From the NCBI GenBank assembly GCA_042408215.1, contig JAYFMW010000020.1, positions 649,039-713,038 of the forward strand: 64,000 bases of DNA, read 5' to 3'. Under the pieces are notes generated by a model, which did no database searches, was not told the DNA's origin, and saw nothing but the letters and a program-made list of their open reading frames with translations. The DNA comes from Microcoleus sp. (lineage in GTDB: Bacteria; Cyanobacteriota; Cyanobacteriia; Cyanobacteriales; Microcoleaceae). The translations under genes and the position numbers were made by a program. Within the stretch, counting starts at the first letter, position 1; every line of letters begins with the position of its first letter. This document shows positions 1 through 10,127 of the stretch, piece by piece.

Positions 1-1
1 T

Positions 2-2680
2 AAAGAAGAACCGACGGTTGAAAATCAGTTAGAGGGTTTTGTTTCTAAACCAGACTCACTCACTGCGAGGGTCTCAACTGATATTGAACCGTTGCTGAAT
101 CTGCTGATAGAGCTCAAAATTGTTGCAGGTTCAGACTGGCAGAATGCAGAGTCTGAACCTGATAGCATCGCTCAAAATCCTCAAGCTCAGGTACTCGGCG
201 GCTTGAACGATTTGTTAGCTAGTTATGAGGAAGTTGCAGCAAGTGTCAAGCCAGAAACCCTCGCTCCCGAACCGGATTCTAGCGATCCTCTGGCTTTTAT
301 AGACGAGTTCAAAAGTTGGCTATTCGTTACTGAGAAACTCACGAGTGCTGAACTGGAAAAAAACTATTCCTCAGTTAATACTATAGATGTTTTGGCGATC
401 GACCAGGCGGATTTAGACCAGGAATCGCAGCAGATTCAGGACTTGTCTAGCTTGAAAATTCAAGATGCTCCACAGGAAGTACAGACAAAAAAATCCGAGG
501 AGGGCGATCGCAATTTAGAGAATTTAACATATCCCGAAATAATTCCACATGATCCCGTAGTTACAACAGCCTCATCACCACCAGAAACCGGATATTTAGA
601 TGCTGCGGTGGCTTCGGCTCTAGAAATGCCAAACTTACTAGAACAGCCGATCGCGCGAGGGCGACCGACAGAGATATTGGGACAAATAAAACAGGATATA
701 AATGAAGCCGACAGCGCGATGGAAATGCTGCAAAATCTGATTTTCGGCTCCCAAATATCAGATCTAGAGCAAGTGAAAAATCTCCTCGCAGAGAACGATT
801 TGCCGGGAGTGCGGAACCTGATGGCAACAATCGACGATAAATTAGAAAAATTGGAGCACCAAATTTACGATCCCCAACAGTTAATCGCGCTGCTCCTACC
901 TTGGATCGCAGAAATTATCAGCCGCAAAATAACTGATTCCAAGGAAGAAGTAGTGCAGGCGGTCGTGCCAATGATCGCCGACGTGATTAGGGCGACAACT
1001 GTGGAAAATAAGCAGGCCATGAGCGCCGCTATAGCTGAATTACTCCCCGAAGCACTTGCTCAACAAATACATAATTCGCCAGCAGAAATTGCTCATGCGA
1101 TCGCCCCGGAAATCGGCATTGCAATTAAAGAGCAAATTCGCCTTGACAAAGAGGCGATCGCTCAAGCCCTAGCGCCGGAAATGGGCAAAGCGATTACAGC
1201 CCAAATTGAACTCGAACGCGACGCAATGGTGGATGCCCTCTATCCCGTAATTGGCAGTACGATCTCTAAATACATGGCAGAAGCTATCAAGACAATCAAT
1301 GAAAAAGTGTCAAATACCCTCAGCTTTGAAGGATTTCAGCGCAAAATTCGCTCCAAAGTACAAGGAGTTTCCGAAGCCGAATTAATCCTCCAAGAATCAA
1401 TGCCCTTTACCGTCCAAGCAATATTCTTAATTCACAAAGCATCAGGCTTGGTAATTTCCGAAGCTCAACACTCAGGAAACTACCAGTTAGAATCGGAAAT
1501 GGTAGCAGGAATGCTCACAGCTCTTCGCAGCTTTGTTAACGAGTGCATCATTCAGCCAGGAGAAATTTCCGAACTCAATCAAATTGAATATGGTGACTCC
1601 AAGATTATGCTAGAAGTAGCGGGATACTGCTACATGGCAGTCGTAATTAAAGGAGAACCGCCACAATCGTTTATCGACCAAGTGCGGCAAACAGTCAGTA
1701 ATCTGATCCTAAATTACGCTAAATTAATTCATGAGTTTAACGGCGATCCCGATACGATACCGGAGTCGTTGCACCCGTCGATCAAAAAATTATTTGACCA
1801 GCATAACCAGCAAAAAATAACTAAAAAGCCGATCGCCCTGATCGGCCTTTGCGGTGCAGTGCTGAGCTTAATTTTAGTACCTTGGGGAATCTATCAGTAC
1901 CGCAGCAACATTGAGCGCAGCCTCGAAGCAAATGCCATTTCAGCTTTAGCATCGGCTCCCGAATTAGCAGTTTACCGCTTAAACGTTGATGTGGAGGGCG
2001 AAACCTTAAAGTTAACCGGAAAGTTGCCAAATCCAGAATTGCGGACAAAGGCTGAAAAAATAGCTGCATCAACTGCACCAAATTTGAAATTAGATAATAA
2101 AATAGTCGCTGTAGATGTACCTCCCGATCCCGTTTTGACAGCGGCTGAGGTGCAGCGAATCACCGCTGTTTTGAACAAAATGGAGGGCGTGTCTATTTCT
2201 AGTCGGTATGGCGATCGCAGAGTTACAGTAGAGGGAACTGTGATGCAGGCTGCAGACGCTCAGAAAATTGCTCAGTCTCTGAAGCAAATTCCCGGAGTTC
2301 AGTCGGCGATCGGCACTGTTAAATTAAATCCGTTGAAAATTGCAACCCGCATCTATTTCGAGCAGGGAATAGCCAGATTAGACTCTACACATCAAGAGAC
2401 AATTGTCAATATCAAAGATTTTCTTAAACAGCATCCTCAAAAACGTATTAAGATAATTGGTCATAGCGATCGCGTTGGTGAAGCTACCGCCAATCAGCAG
2501 TTGGCGCTGCTTCGCGCCGAAACAGTCCGAGATGCCCTCGTGCTGCAAGGAGTTGATCCGAAGCGCCTCCAAGTCTTCGGTAGCCCAAATCCTCCTGCTG
2601 GCGTGGAACCAAATCAACCGCTACTGTTAAGCAGATGCGTGCTATTTGAACCAATAACTAAGAGCATAAACGGCCAATAA
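2..2680 (+). CDS. Membrane protein with helical repeats, roadblock/longin-like domain, TM helix, two BON domains and OmpA-like C-terminal peptidoglycan-binding domain (5' end outside window)
   Basis: Frame open from base 2 (no stop before the TTG at 92). A(I/L)APE(I/M)GxAI helical repeats; TM segment IALIGLCGAVLSLILVPWGI; BON-like segments (LKLTGKLP, VTVEGTV); OmpA motif IIGHSDRVGEATANQQLALLRAETV. Confidence 0.8.
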   Translation, partial: KEEPTVENQLEGFVSKPDSLTARVSTDIEPLLNLLIELKIVAGSDWQNAESEPDSIAQNPQAQVLGGLNDLLASYEEVAASVKPETLAPEPDSSDPLAFIDEFKSWLFVTEKLTSAELEKNYSSVNTIDVLAIDQADLDQESQQIQDLSSLKIQDAPQEVQTKKSEEGDRNLENLTYPEIIPHDPVVTTASSPPETGYLDAAVASALEMPNLLEQPIARGRPTEILGQIKQDINEADSAMEMLQNLIFGSQISDLEQVKNLLAENDLPGVRNLMATIDDKLEKLEHQIYDPQQLIALLLPWIAEIISRKITDSKEEVVQAVVPMIADVIRATTVENKQAMSAAIAELLPEALAQQIHNSPAEIAHAIAPEIGIAIKEQIRLDKEAIAQALAPEMGKAITAQIELERDAMVDALYPVIGSTISKYMAEAIKTINEKVSNTLSFEGFQRKIRSKVQGVSEAELILQESMPFTVQAIFLIHKASGLVISEAQHSGNYQLESEMVAGMLTALRSFVNECIIQPGEISELNQIEYGDSKIMLEVAGYCYMAVVIKGEPPQSFIDQVRQTVSNLILNYAKLIHEFNGDPDTIPESLHPSIKKLFDQHNQQKITKKPIALIGLCGAVLSLILVPWGIYQYRSNIERSLEANAISALASAPELAVYRLNVDVEGETLKLTGKLPNPELRTKAEKIAASTAPNLKLDNKIVAVDVPPDPVLTAAEVQRITAVLNKMEGVSISSRYGDRRVTVEGTVMQAADAQKIAQSLKQIPGVQSAIGTVKLNPLKIATRIYFEQGIARLDSTHQETIVNIKDFLKQHPQKRIKIIGHSDRVGEATANQQLALLRAETVRDALVLQGVDPKRLQVFGSPNPPAGVEPNQPLLLSRCVLFEPITKSINGQ

Positions 2681-2682
2681 CT

Positions 2683-3210
2683 ATGTCAGTTACTATATCT
2701 AAAAAAATGTGCATGATCGGGGATTTTGGCGTGGGTAAAACCAGCTTAATCCGCCGTTTTGTCGATCGGCAATTCAGCGACCAGTACCTGAGCACTGTCG
2801 GAGTAAAAATTTCCCGCAAAAGCGTAGAATTATCAGGTGTAAAACAGCGGGAAAACGTCACAGCCCAGTTGCTGATTTGGGACTTAGAAGGGCATACAAA
2901 ATTCAAAGGAATCGCCCCGACTTACTTGCAGGGTTCAGGCGGCGTTTTAATAGTTGCCGATGTCAGCCGCCCAGAAACAGTCGAACGAATTTCCGAACAC
3001 ATTCAGCTTTTTTCTTCAGTTAACCCTAAAGGAGCAATTATCATCGCTTTGAACAAAGTAGACTTGATTGACGAAGAAAAATTGGCCCTGCTAGTCGAAA
3101 TTGCCCATTCAATAGGTCAAGACAAAGTAATAGCAGTTTACACAACATCTGCGAAAACAGGAAAAGACGTTGATGAAATTTTTCATAAACTAGCTTATAC
3201 AATGGTATAA
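2683..3210 (+). CDS. Rab/Ras-superfamily small GTPase
   Basis: G1 GDFGVGKTS, G2 STVG, G3 WDLEG, G4 NKVD, G5 SAK; 175 aa; starts 2 nt after the upstream stop. Confidence 0.92.
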   Translation: MSVTISKKMCMIGDFGVGKTSLIRRFVDRQFSDQYLSTVGVKISRKSVELSGVKQRENVTAQLLIWDLEGHTKFKGIAPTYLQGSGGVLIVADVSRPETVERISEHIQLFSSVNPKGAIIIALNKVDLIDEEKLALLVEIAHSIGQDKVIAVYTTSAKTGKDVDEIFHKLAYTMV

Positions 3211-3215
3211 CAAGC

Positions 3216-3419
3216 ATGAACCTCTTGTTGAAAAAACTCCTAAGCCCGCGACAAACTGAGTATTTTATTGTCAATGAAAATTTCATCATTCAGGAAACCT
3301 CCGCTTCTGTGCAGCAGTGTGTAGACTTACACGGCGGTCAAATCGAATTTTCCAGCGGAACAGGGTTAGGTACTACTTTCATAGTAACAATTCCCTTTGA
3401 CAAACAGACGCAAATATAG
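3216..3419 (+). pseudogene. Internally deleted sensor histidine kinase remnant
   Basis: N-terminus MNLLLKKLLSPRQTEYFIVNENFIIQE resembles the N-terminus of the downstream cyclase. It is fused directly to a HATPase C-terminal motif VDLHGGQIEFSSGTGLGTTFIVTIP. Confidence 0.75.
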
Positions 3420-3551
3420 CCTTTCTCAGTAACAGTGCGGTGCACGCTTGATAAGCGGGCATAGGCATAGGGCATAGGGCATAGGGCATAGGGCATAGGG
3501 CATAGGGCATAGGGCATAGGGCATACCTCACCAAGATTGAGAAATGCTATA
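3415..3551. repeat. MITE-like inverted-repeat element enclosing (GGGCATA)n heptamer tract
   Basis: Ends TATAGCCTTTCTCA ... TGAGAAATGCTATA; about 9-10 GGGCATA units at ~3457-3525. Confidence 0.7.
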
Positions 3552-3601
3552 GATTAATCTCAGATTCCTTGATCGGGCGCATTTACTACTAAAAATCAGA
3601 C

Positions 3602-6385
3602 ATGAAAACCCTGTTTAAAAAACTGTTGGTTCCCCACCACTTGGAGTATCTGGCACTGGATAGAGACTTTTTAATCCAAGAAATCTCTCCCAAAGTGCAG
3701 CGGTTTGCAGACTGTCCCAAGGAAGTGACGACGGGAAATGATGTCCGCATTCCATTTCCAGAATTGGTAGGAAGTGAAGAAATTTTAATCGATATTTTTG
3801 AAGGGCGTTTGCCAAATTTTGAGTTAAAAGCGATGACGCGGGTTTTCGAGAATAACTCGCGGCTCTATTTTGATATGTACATAGTCGATTTCCCAACTGA
3901 CGAAAATTATCAAACATTGATTATATTTTTTGAAGACGTAACAGACAGGATGGGTTTGGAACAAACTCTTGTTCAGGCTACCAATGAAATGAATATTTTA
4001 TTGAGTACCTTAGCAGCTACTAATAAGTATGTTGAAAAAATTATTACTTCAATGGCAGAAGTTTTGTTGGTGACAACGGCGTCGGGAAAAATTAAAAAAG
4101 TCAATCAAGCGGCTCAAGATTTGTTTGGTTACAGTGAATCGGAATTAGTAGGACGAAAAATAAATGCGATCGCGGCGGAGGGCGAATCTTTGTACGCAGT
4201 CAGCCAGCAGCCTCAATTATCTCAAACTAACACTGAAGTAATTTGCTTGCGGAAAACTGGAGAAAGACTGACAGTGGCCTTTTCCTGCACAGCGATTCCG
4301 ACTGAGATTAAGAGTATTTCTGAAGCAAAGGCTACCGTTCAAGATTTCGTGTACATTGGCCGCGATGTTACAGATAAACAGCGAGCCAGCAAGCGAAAAG
4401 TAGTTCAGTATGCTACTACCCGGAGCCTCTCGGAATGCGAAACAGTCAAAATGGCGATCGCAGAAATTCTCCCTGTAGTTTGCCATAGTTTGGGATGGCA
4501 AGCTGCCGAACTTTGGATGCCAGAAATAGGCGAAAAACTGCTGTCAGCAACTAAGAGAAAAATTCCGATTTCCGATCCAAATTTGCTCCGGTGCGTCGCC
4601 CGTTGGACAAAACGCTCAATTTCCATTCCCAAATTTGTAGAAGTTGCCGAACAAATGACATTTGCAGTGGGGGAAGGATTTACCGGTCGCGTTTGGGGCA
4701 GTGGTTCCTCTGAGTGGATTGCAGATGTGGCAGAAAACGACACATTTATACGCAGAGAAATTGCCGCTGAAGAAGGAATCCACGGAGCTTTTGGCTTCCC
4801 AATTTTGGGTGACTACGACCAGGAACTGTCGGCGAGGTCTGTTTTGGGAGTGATGACTGTCTTCAGCCTAGAAGTGCAGTCTTTTGATGAAGAATTGCTC
4901 CAGACAATGACAACAATTGGCAGCGAAATCGGTCAATTCATCAAGCGCAAACAAGCAGAATCTGCCCTGCGGGAAAGTGAAGAAAAACTGCGAGACTTAT
5001 TTGAAAATGCTAGTGACTTAATTCAAAGCATTGGAGCCGACGGTAATTTTTTGTACGTCAATCGGGCTTGGGAAAAAACTCTCGGATACAGTGAAGCAGA
5101 GATTGCTAGTATGACAGTTTTTGACATTATTCATCCCAATAGTTCCCAAGAGTCTATAGATATATTATATCAAGCTATTAACAAGAAAACCATCTATGAA
5201 AATACATTTTATCCCGACTCGATTCAAGCAATATTTATTACCAAATACAACCAACCAATCTGGCTGGAAGGGAGCATAAGCTGTAAATTTGCCGAGGGTC
5301 AGCTAGTGGCAATTCGTGCCATTTTGCGAGATATTACCGCCCGCAAACAAGCCGAAGATGCCCTCGCAAAATCTGTGTCTTTGCTGCAAGCAACGTTTGA
5401 TTCTACTGCTGACGGGATTTTGGCCATCGATCGCACTGGCAGAATAGTCACTTACAATCGAGAATTCGTAGAAATGTGGGGCATACCCAACGAAGTGATG
5501 GCACTGCGAGACGACGCAACAATGGTCGCCTTTGTGCTAGAACAACTTAAAGAACCCGAAGCATTCCAAGATAGAATAGAATCGCTTTACGAGCAGCCAG
5601 AAGCGGAAAGTTACGACTTGTTGGAATTTAAAGACGGCAGATATTTTGAACGCTATTCTGAACCCCAGTGGCTGGGAGATAAAATTATCGGCAGAGTTTG
5701 GAGTTACCACGACATCACTGAACGCAAGCAAGCAGAAGATGCCCTCCGGGAAGAACAGGAAAAATCCGAAAAGCTGCTGCTAAATATATTGCCGAAGGCT
5801 ATAGCAGAACGGCTGAAACGAAACGAAACTACTATTGCAGAATACTTTCCAGAAGTGACCGTTTTGTTTGCAGATATTGTGGGCTTTACACACTTGTCTA
5901 CCCTGATGAATCCCATCGACCTTGTGGAGTTGCTCAACCAAATTTTTTCAAGCTTTGACATGATTTGCGATCGGCTCGGCTTAGAGAAAATTAAGACAAT
6001 TGGTGACGCCTACATGGTAGTAGGAGGATTACCGGAGCCTAGGGCGGATCACGCCGAAGCGATCGCCCAAATGGCCCTAGATATGCAAAGAGAAATAGCT
6101 CGATTTAATGCTCACAATAACAAATATTTCAGCATCCGCATCGGCATCCACAGTGGCCCGGTTGTTGCGGGAGTAATTGGCATCAAAAAGTTTATTTACG
6201 ATTTGTGGGGTGACACGGTAAATATTGCTTCCCGCATGGAATCTCACGGTTTGCCTTGGCGGATTCAAGTCAGCGAAGATACTTATAAGTTATTGGAACA
6301 CAAATACTTATTTGATGAGCGGGGAACGGTTAATGTTAAAGGCAAAGGGGCAATGACAACTTATTTGCTTATTGGTGAAAAATAA
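3602..6385 (+). CDS. PAS/GAF-domain class III adenylate/guanylate cyclase
   Basis: Several PAS/PAC segments and a GAF domain; cyclase motifs LFADIVGFT, KIKTIGDAYM, YDLWGDTVNIASRMES. Confidence 0.93.
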   Translation: MKTLFKKLLVPHHLEYLALDRDFLIQEISPKVQRFADCPKEVTTGNDVRIPFPELVGSEEILIDIFEGRLPNFELKAMTRVFENNSRLYFDMYIVDFPTDENYQTLIIFFEDVTDRMGLEQTLVQATNEMNILLSTLAATNKYVEKIITSMAEVLLVTTASGKIKKVNQAAQDLFGYSESELVGRKINAIAAEGESLYAVSQQPQLSQTNTEVICLRKTGERLTVAFSCTAIPTEIKSISEAKATVQDFVYIGRDVTDKQRASKRKVVQYATTRSLSECETVKMAIAEILPVVCHSLGWQAAELWMPEIGEKLLSATKRKIPISDPNLLRCVARWTKRSISIPKFVEVAEQMTFAVGEGFTGRVWGSGSSEWIADVAENDTFIRREIAAEEGIHGAFGFPILGDYDQELSARSVLGVMTVFSLEVQSFDEELLQTMTTIGSEIGQFIKRKQAESALRESEEKLRDLFENASDLIQSIGADGNFLYVNRAWEKTLGYSEAEIASMTVFDIIHPNSSQESIDILYQAINKKTIYENTFYPDSIQAIFITKYNQPIWLEGSISCKFAEGQLVAIRAILRDITARKQAEDALAKSVSLLQATFDSTADGILAIDRTGRIVTYNREFVEMWGIPNEVMALRDDATMVAFVLEQLKEPEAFQDRIESLYEQPEAESYDLLEFKDGRYFERYSEPQWLGDKIIGRVWSYHDITERKQAEDALREEQEKSEKLLLNILPKAIAERLKRNETTIAEYFPEVTVLFADIVGFTHLSTLMNPIDLVELLNQIFSSFDMICDRLGLEKIKTIGDAYMVVGGLPEPRADHAEAIAQMALDMQREIARFNAHNNKYFSIRIGIHSGPVVAGVIGIKKFIYDLWGDTVNIASRMESHGLPWRIQVSEDTYKLLEHKYLFDERGTVNVKGKGAMTTYLLIGEK

Positions 6386-6389
6386 GCTT

Positions 6390-6672
6390 TGTCATTAGTC
6401 ATTAGTCATTGGTCATTAGTCATTAGTCATTGGTCATTGGTAATTGGGAATAGGTAATTGGGAATGGGGAATTGGGAATGGGGAATTCGTAATTCGTAAT
6501 TAGTTATTGGTTATGGGTTATTAGTTATTAGTTATGGGTTATTAGTTATTCTTAGTAATTGGTAATGATTTATTAGGAATTGAACACAACTCACAACTAA
6601 CAATCAACAAATAACAACTCACAACTCACAACTCACAACTCACAACTCACAACTCACAACTCACAACTAACT
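6390..6672. repeat. Heptamer short tandem repeats (STRR-like; GTCATTA/GTCATTG/GGAATTG/GTTATTA then CTCACAA)
   Basis: Visible 7-bp periodic tracts in the intergenic region. Confidence 0.9.
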
Positions 6673-6726
6673 ACTGAGTAAAAGTATTGCTAAAGTTAGT
6701 TTAGCAACCGAAACAAGTCAAGACTC

Positions 6727-9700
6727 ATGGAACTTGCCAATTTGCCAATATTTTCATCATCACCCCTAGAAGCGATCGATCGCCATCCTCTGACAGTTGC
6801 ACCGGAAACTAGGCTTGTAGATGCGATCGCCCTGATGAGTCAGGCGATCGATCCTGGTGCGCTACCTAATGCACAACCGCTGCTAGACTCAAGGGGAACA
6901 GCAAAAGCATCGACTGGTTGTCTCCTAGTTATCGATGGAAATCAGCTAGTTGGACTGCTAAGCGAGGGAGATGTGGTGAACTTAATCGCCACAGAATCCT
7001 GTTGGCAAGAAAGGAAAGTTGCCGACGTAATAAAGCGGAATTTTATGACTCTGAAAGTATCGGAATTTACAGATGTTTTGACAGCAATTAACCTATTTTG
7101 TCAACACTCCATCGACCAATTGCCAATCATAGACGATGGAGGTCAGTTAGTAGGTTTAGTAACTGAAAAAAACCTGCGATTAGAAATGTACAATCTGGTA
7201 AAAATGTGGCAACAAGAAGTTGTACATCTGCTGGAAAAACCCTCTAAAAAATTAGAAAATAAGTCAGAAATCGAACAAGGAGTCAGCTACGAAAAACAGG
7301 TCGAAAATGATGTTTTGCGGGAGAGCGAATCCCGCTACCGGGAAATTGTGGAAGACCAAACCGAACTGATTTGCCGCTACCTACCCGACGGCAGAATGAC
7401 ATTTGTTAATGAAGCTTACTGTCGTTATTTTGGTGTGCAACCAGAAGACTTGCTGGGTAATAGCTTTATACCAATGATTTTAGGAGAAGACCGAGAATAT
7501 TTTTGGGAGCAATATAATTTGCTGTCTCCTGAAAAGCCATTTTTTACTTCCGAACACCGAGTGATTTTGCCCAGCGGCGAAATTCGCACTCAGCAGTGGA
7601 TCGATCGGGCTATATTTGACGAGACGGGACAAATCATTGAGTATCAAGCTGTGGGCAGGGATGTGAGCGATCGTAAACAAGCAGAAACCTATGAGCAACA
7701 ACTCAACGCAGAGTTAGAACAGCGAGTCCAGCATTGCACTGAACGGTACGAACTGGCAGTTACAGCAGGCAAATTAGTCGAAGAGAAACTGCGAAACTCC
7801 GAAGCAGAACTGCAAGCACTTTTTGATGCGATGACCGATATTGTGCTGGTGCTCGATGCCGAAGGTCGCTACGTCAAAATCGCACCCTCGGCGGCCTCAC
7901 TGCTGTACAAACCCTCTGAAGAATTGCTGGGCAAAACTGTCGTGGAAGTTCTACCATTGCCAGAAGCCGAACTCTGTCTCAGCTACATAGAGCGCACGCT
8001 GAGAACTCAGCAGACGGAGAGAATTGATTACACTCTGGAAATTGGTGGTAAGTTAATCTGGTTTGAGGCAAGTATTTCGCCCTTTGGGGTCGATCGAGTA
8101 ATTTTGGTAGCGCGAGACATTACTCAGCGTAAATTGACAGAAGCTGCACTGCAAAAGAGCGAGGAAAAGTTTCGCAACTTATTTGACGATGCTCCGATCG
8201 CCCTGAGTTTGGCAAGGGTGGGCGACTTTCGCATGGTCAAAGTGAATGAGGCTCACCGCCAGATGTTCGGCTACAGCGACTCAGAGTTGGCGGCAATGAG
8301 TTTTGCTGATGTCACCCACCCAGAAGATTTAGAAGCAGATTTAGAGCAAGTCAAGCAGCTTGTAGAAGGCTATATTCCTCGGTTCCAAATAGAAAAACGC
8401 TGTAGGAAAAAGAACGGCGAATTGATCTGGGTCAACTTGACGGTGACACTGATTCGCGCTCTGGATGGCAGTCCCCTTTACACTATGGCTGCGATCGAAG
8501 ATATCAGCGATAGCAAGGCAGCAGAATTGCAATTACAGCAGTTGAAAGAACGGTTGCAATTTTTGCTGGCTTCTAATCCGGCGGTAATTTTTACTGTCTC
8601 GCCTGAAGGGGATTTTGGTACTACTTATATTAGCGATAATGTGAGGGCGATCGTCGGTTACAACCCGGAAGATTTTTTAGCGGATGCTTATTTCTGGTGC
8701 TGTCACATTCACCCTGAAGATCTCATGCAATTTTTAGTTGCTTTATCGGATTTATCGGAGCAAGAAAATCGTATTTGCGAGTATCGTTTTTTGCATAGAG
8801 ATGGAATATACCGCTGGCTGCGGACGGAACTAAAATTATTAGTAGACAGTAGGAAAAAACCGATCGAAATTATTGGTTACGCCGCCGACATCAGCAATTC
8901 CAAATGTGCCGAAATCACCCTGCAGCAGCAGTTCGAGCAAGAGCGGCTGGTCGAGGCGATCGCCCGTCGTGTCCGCCAGTCTTTGCAATTAGAGGAAATT
9001 CTCAACACAACTGTTGCCGAACTTCAGCAAGTATTGCTAGCCGATCGAGTTTTGGTTTATCAAATTTTACCCGATGGTCGTGGCCAAGTCATTGCGGAAG
9101 CCGTTGCAGACGGATGCAGTCACATCCTGAATACTATTTTTTCAGCAGAGGCTTTAGGGCTAGCCAACTACCAGGATTATTTACAATTTCCCATTGATGA
9201 TGTATCTGAGCAAGAGGCACTGATTTCACCTGGTTTGATAGATTTATTGCCAGAAATTGAAGTCAGGGCTAAGTTAATAGTGCCAATTTTTCAGCTAAAT
9301 CAACTCTGGGGATTGCTGATTGCTCACCAGTGCGATCGAGACCGGAATTGGCGAGAATGGGAAGTAAATTTATTTCAGCAATTAGCTAATCAATTAGCGA
9401 TCGCCATTCAGCAATCTCTGCTTTACCAGCAATTGCAAGCTGAACTGAGCGATCGCAAACAAGCTGAAGAAAATTTAAAGACATCCCTGAAAGAAAAAGA
9501 AATTTTGCTCAAAGAAATTCACCACCGCGTCAAAAACAATCTCTGCGTAGTCGCCAGTCTTTTAGAACTGCAATCTGAAACCGTTGCTGACCCGCAGCTA
9601 GCCAAAATGTTTGAAGAAAGTCAGAATCGCCTTTACTCTATGGCTCTGATTCACGAGAAACTCTACCGCTCTAAAAATCTGGCTAAAATTAATTTTGGTG

Positions 9701-10122
9701 AATATCTCGAAGATTTAGTCACTAATTTATTTCACTCTTACAATATTAGCGATCGCCGGATTGAGTTGGAGGTATTGGCTGAACCGATTTTCCTGAACCT
9801 TGAGACTGCTACTCCCTGCGGTTTAATTGCTAATGAATTGGTCTCAAATACCTTGAAACACGCTTTCCCGGCTCGCGCCAATGGTACTGTTAGTGTAGAA
9901 TGCTATCAAACGGGCGAGGGAGAAATTCACCTCTTAGTCAAGGACAACGGCGCTGGTTTTCCGAAAAACTTAGATTTTCGGAAAACGGGATCGATGGGTT
10001 TTCAAGTAGTCTGTACTTTAACCGAGCAGCTAGAAGGAACTCTTGAATTATCAGGAGAAATCGGCACTACGTTTCACTTAAAATTTCATGAATTAAAATA
10101 TTCTCACAGGTTGGCCAAGTAA
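6727..10122 (+). CDS. CBS-PAS-GAF sensor histidine kinase (HisKA_2 type)
   Basis: N-terminal CBS pair, multiple PAS/PAC, GAF (LWGLLIAHQC), H-box EIHHRVKNNL, HATPase NELVSNTLKHAF...KDNGAG. Confidence 0.92.
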   Translation: MELANLPIFSSSPLEAIDRHPLTVAPETRLVDAIALMSQAIDPGALPNAQPLLDSRGTAKASTGCLLVIDGNQLVGLLSEGDVVNLIATESCWQERKVADVIKRNFMTLKVSEFTDVLTAINLFCQHSIDQLPIIDDGGQLVGLVTEKNLRLEMYNLVKMWQQEVVHLLEKPSKKLENKSEIEQGVSYEKQVENDVLRESESRYREIVEDQTELICRYLPDGRMTFVNEAYCRYFGVQPEDLLGNSFIPMILGEDREYFWEQYNLLSPEKPFFTSEHRVILPSGEIRTQQWIDRAIFDETGQIIEYQAVGRDVSDRKQAETYEQQLNAELEQRVQHCTERYELAVTAGKLVEEKLRNSEAELQALFDAMTDIVLVLDAEGRYVKIAPSAASLLYKPSEELLGKTVVEVLPLPEAELCLSYIERTLRTQQTERIDYTLEIGGKLIWFEASISPFGVDRVILVARDITQRKLTEAALQKSEEKFRNLFDDAPIALSLARVGDFRMVKVNEAHRQMFGYSDSELAAMSFADVTHPEDLEADLEQVKQLVEGYIPRFQIEKRCRKKNGELIWVNLTVTLIRALDGSPLYTMAAIEDISDSKAAELQLQQLKERLQFLLASNPAVIFTVSPEGDFGTTYISDNVRAIVGYNPEDFLADAYFWCCHIHPEDLMQFLVALSDLSEQENRICEYRFLHRDGIYRWLRTELKLLVDSRKKPIEIIGYAADISNSKCAEITLQQQFEQERLVEAIARRVRQSLQLEEILNTTVAELQQVLLADRVLVYQILPDGRGQVIAEAVADGCSHILNTIFSAEALGLANYQDYLQFPIDDVSEQEALISPGLIDLLPEIEVRAKLIVPIFQLNQLWGLLIAHQCDRDRNWREWEVNLFQQLANQLAIAIQQSLLYQQLQAELSDRKQAEENLKTSLKEKEILLKEIHHRVKNNLCVVASLLELQSETVADPQLAKMFEESQNRLYSMALIHEKLYRSKNLAKINFGEYLEDLVTNLFHSYNISDRRIELEVLAEPIFLNLETATPCGLIANELVSNTLKHAFPARANGTVSVECYQTGEGEIHLLVKDNGAGFPKNLDFRKTGSMGFQVVCTLTEQLEGTLELSGEIGTTFHLKFHELKYSHRLAK

Positions 10123-10127
10123 GAACT

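Noticed and set aside
8950..9420. Cyanobacteriochrome photosensory GAF
   Set aside because: The GAF is CBCR-like, but the position where the bilin-binding Cys is expected reads SPGL and no D-x-F/DxCF motif is visible; probably not a photoreceptor.
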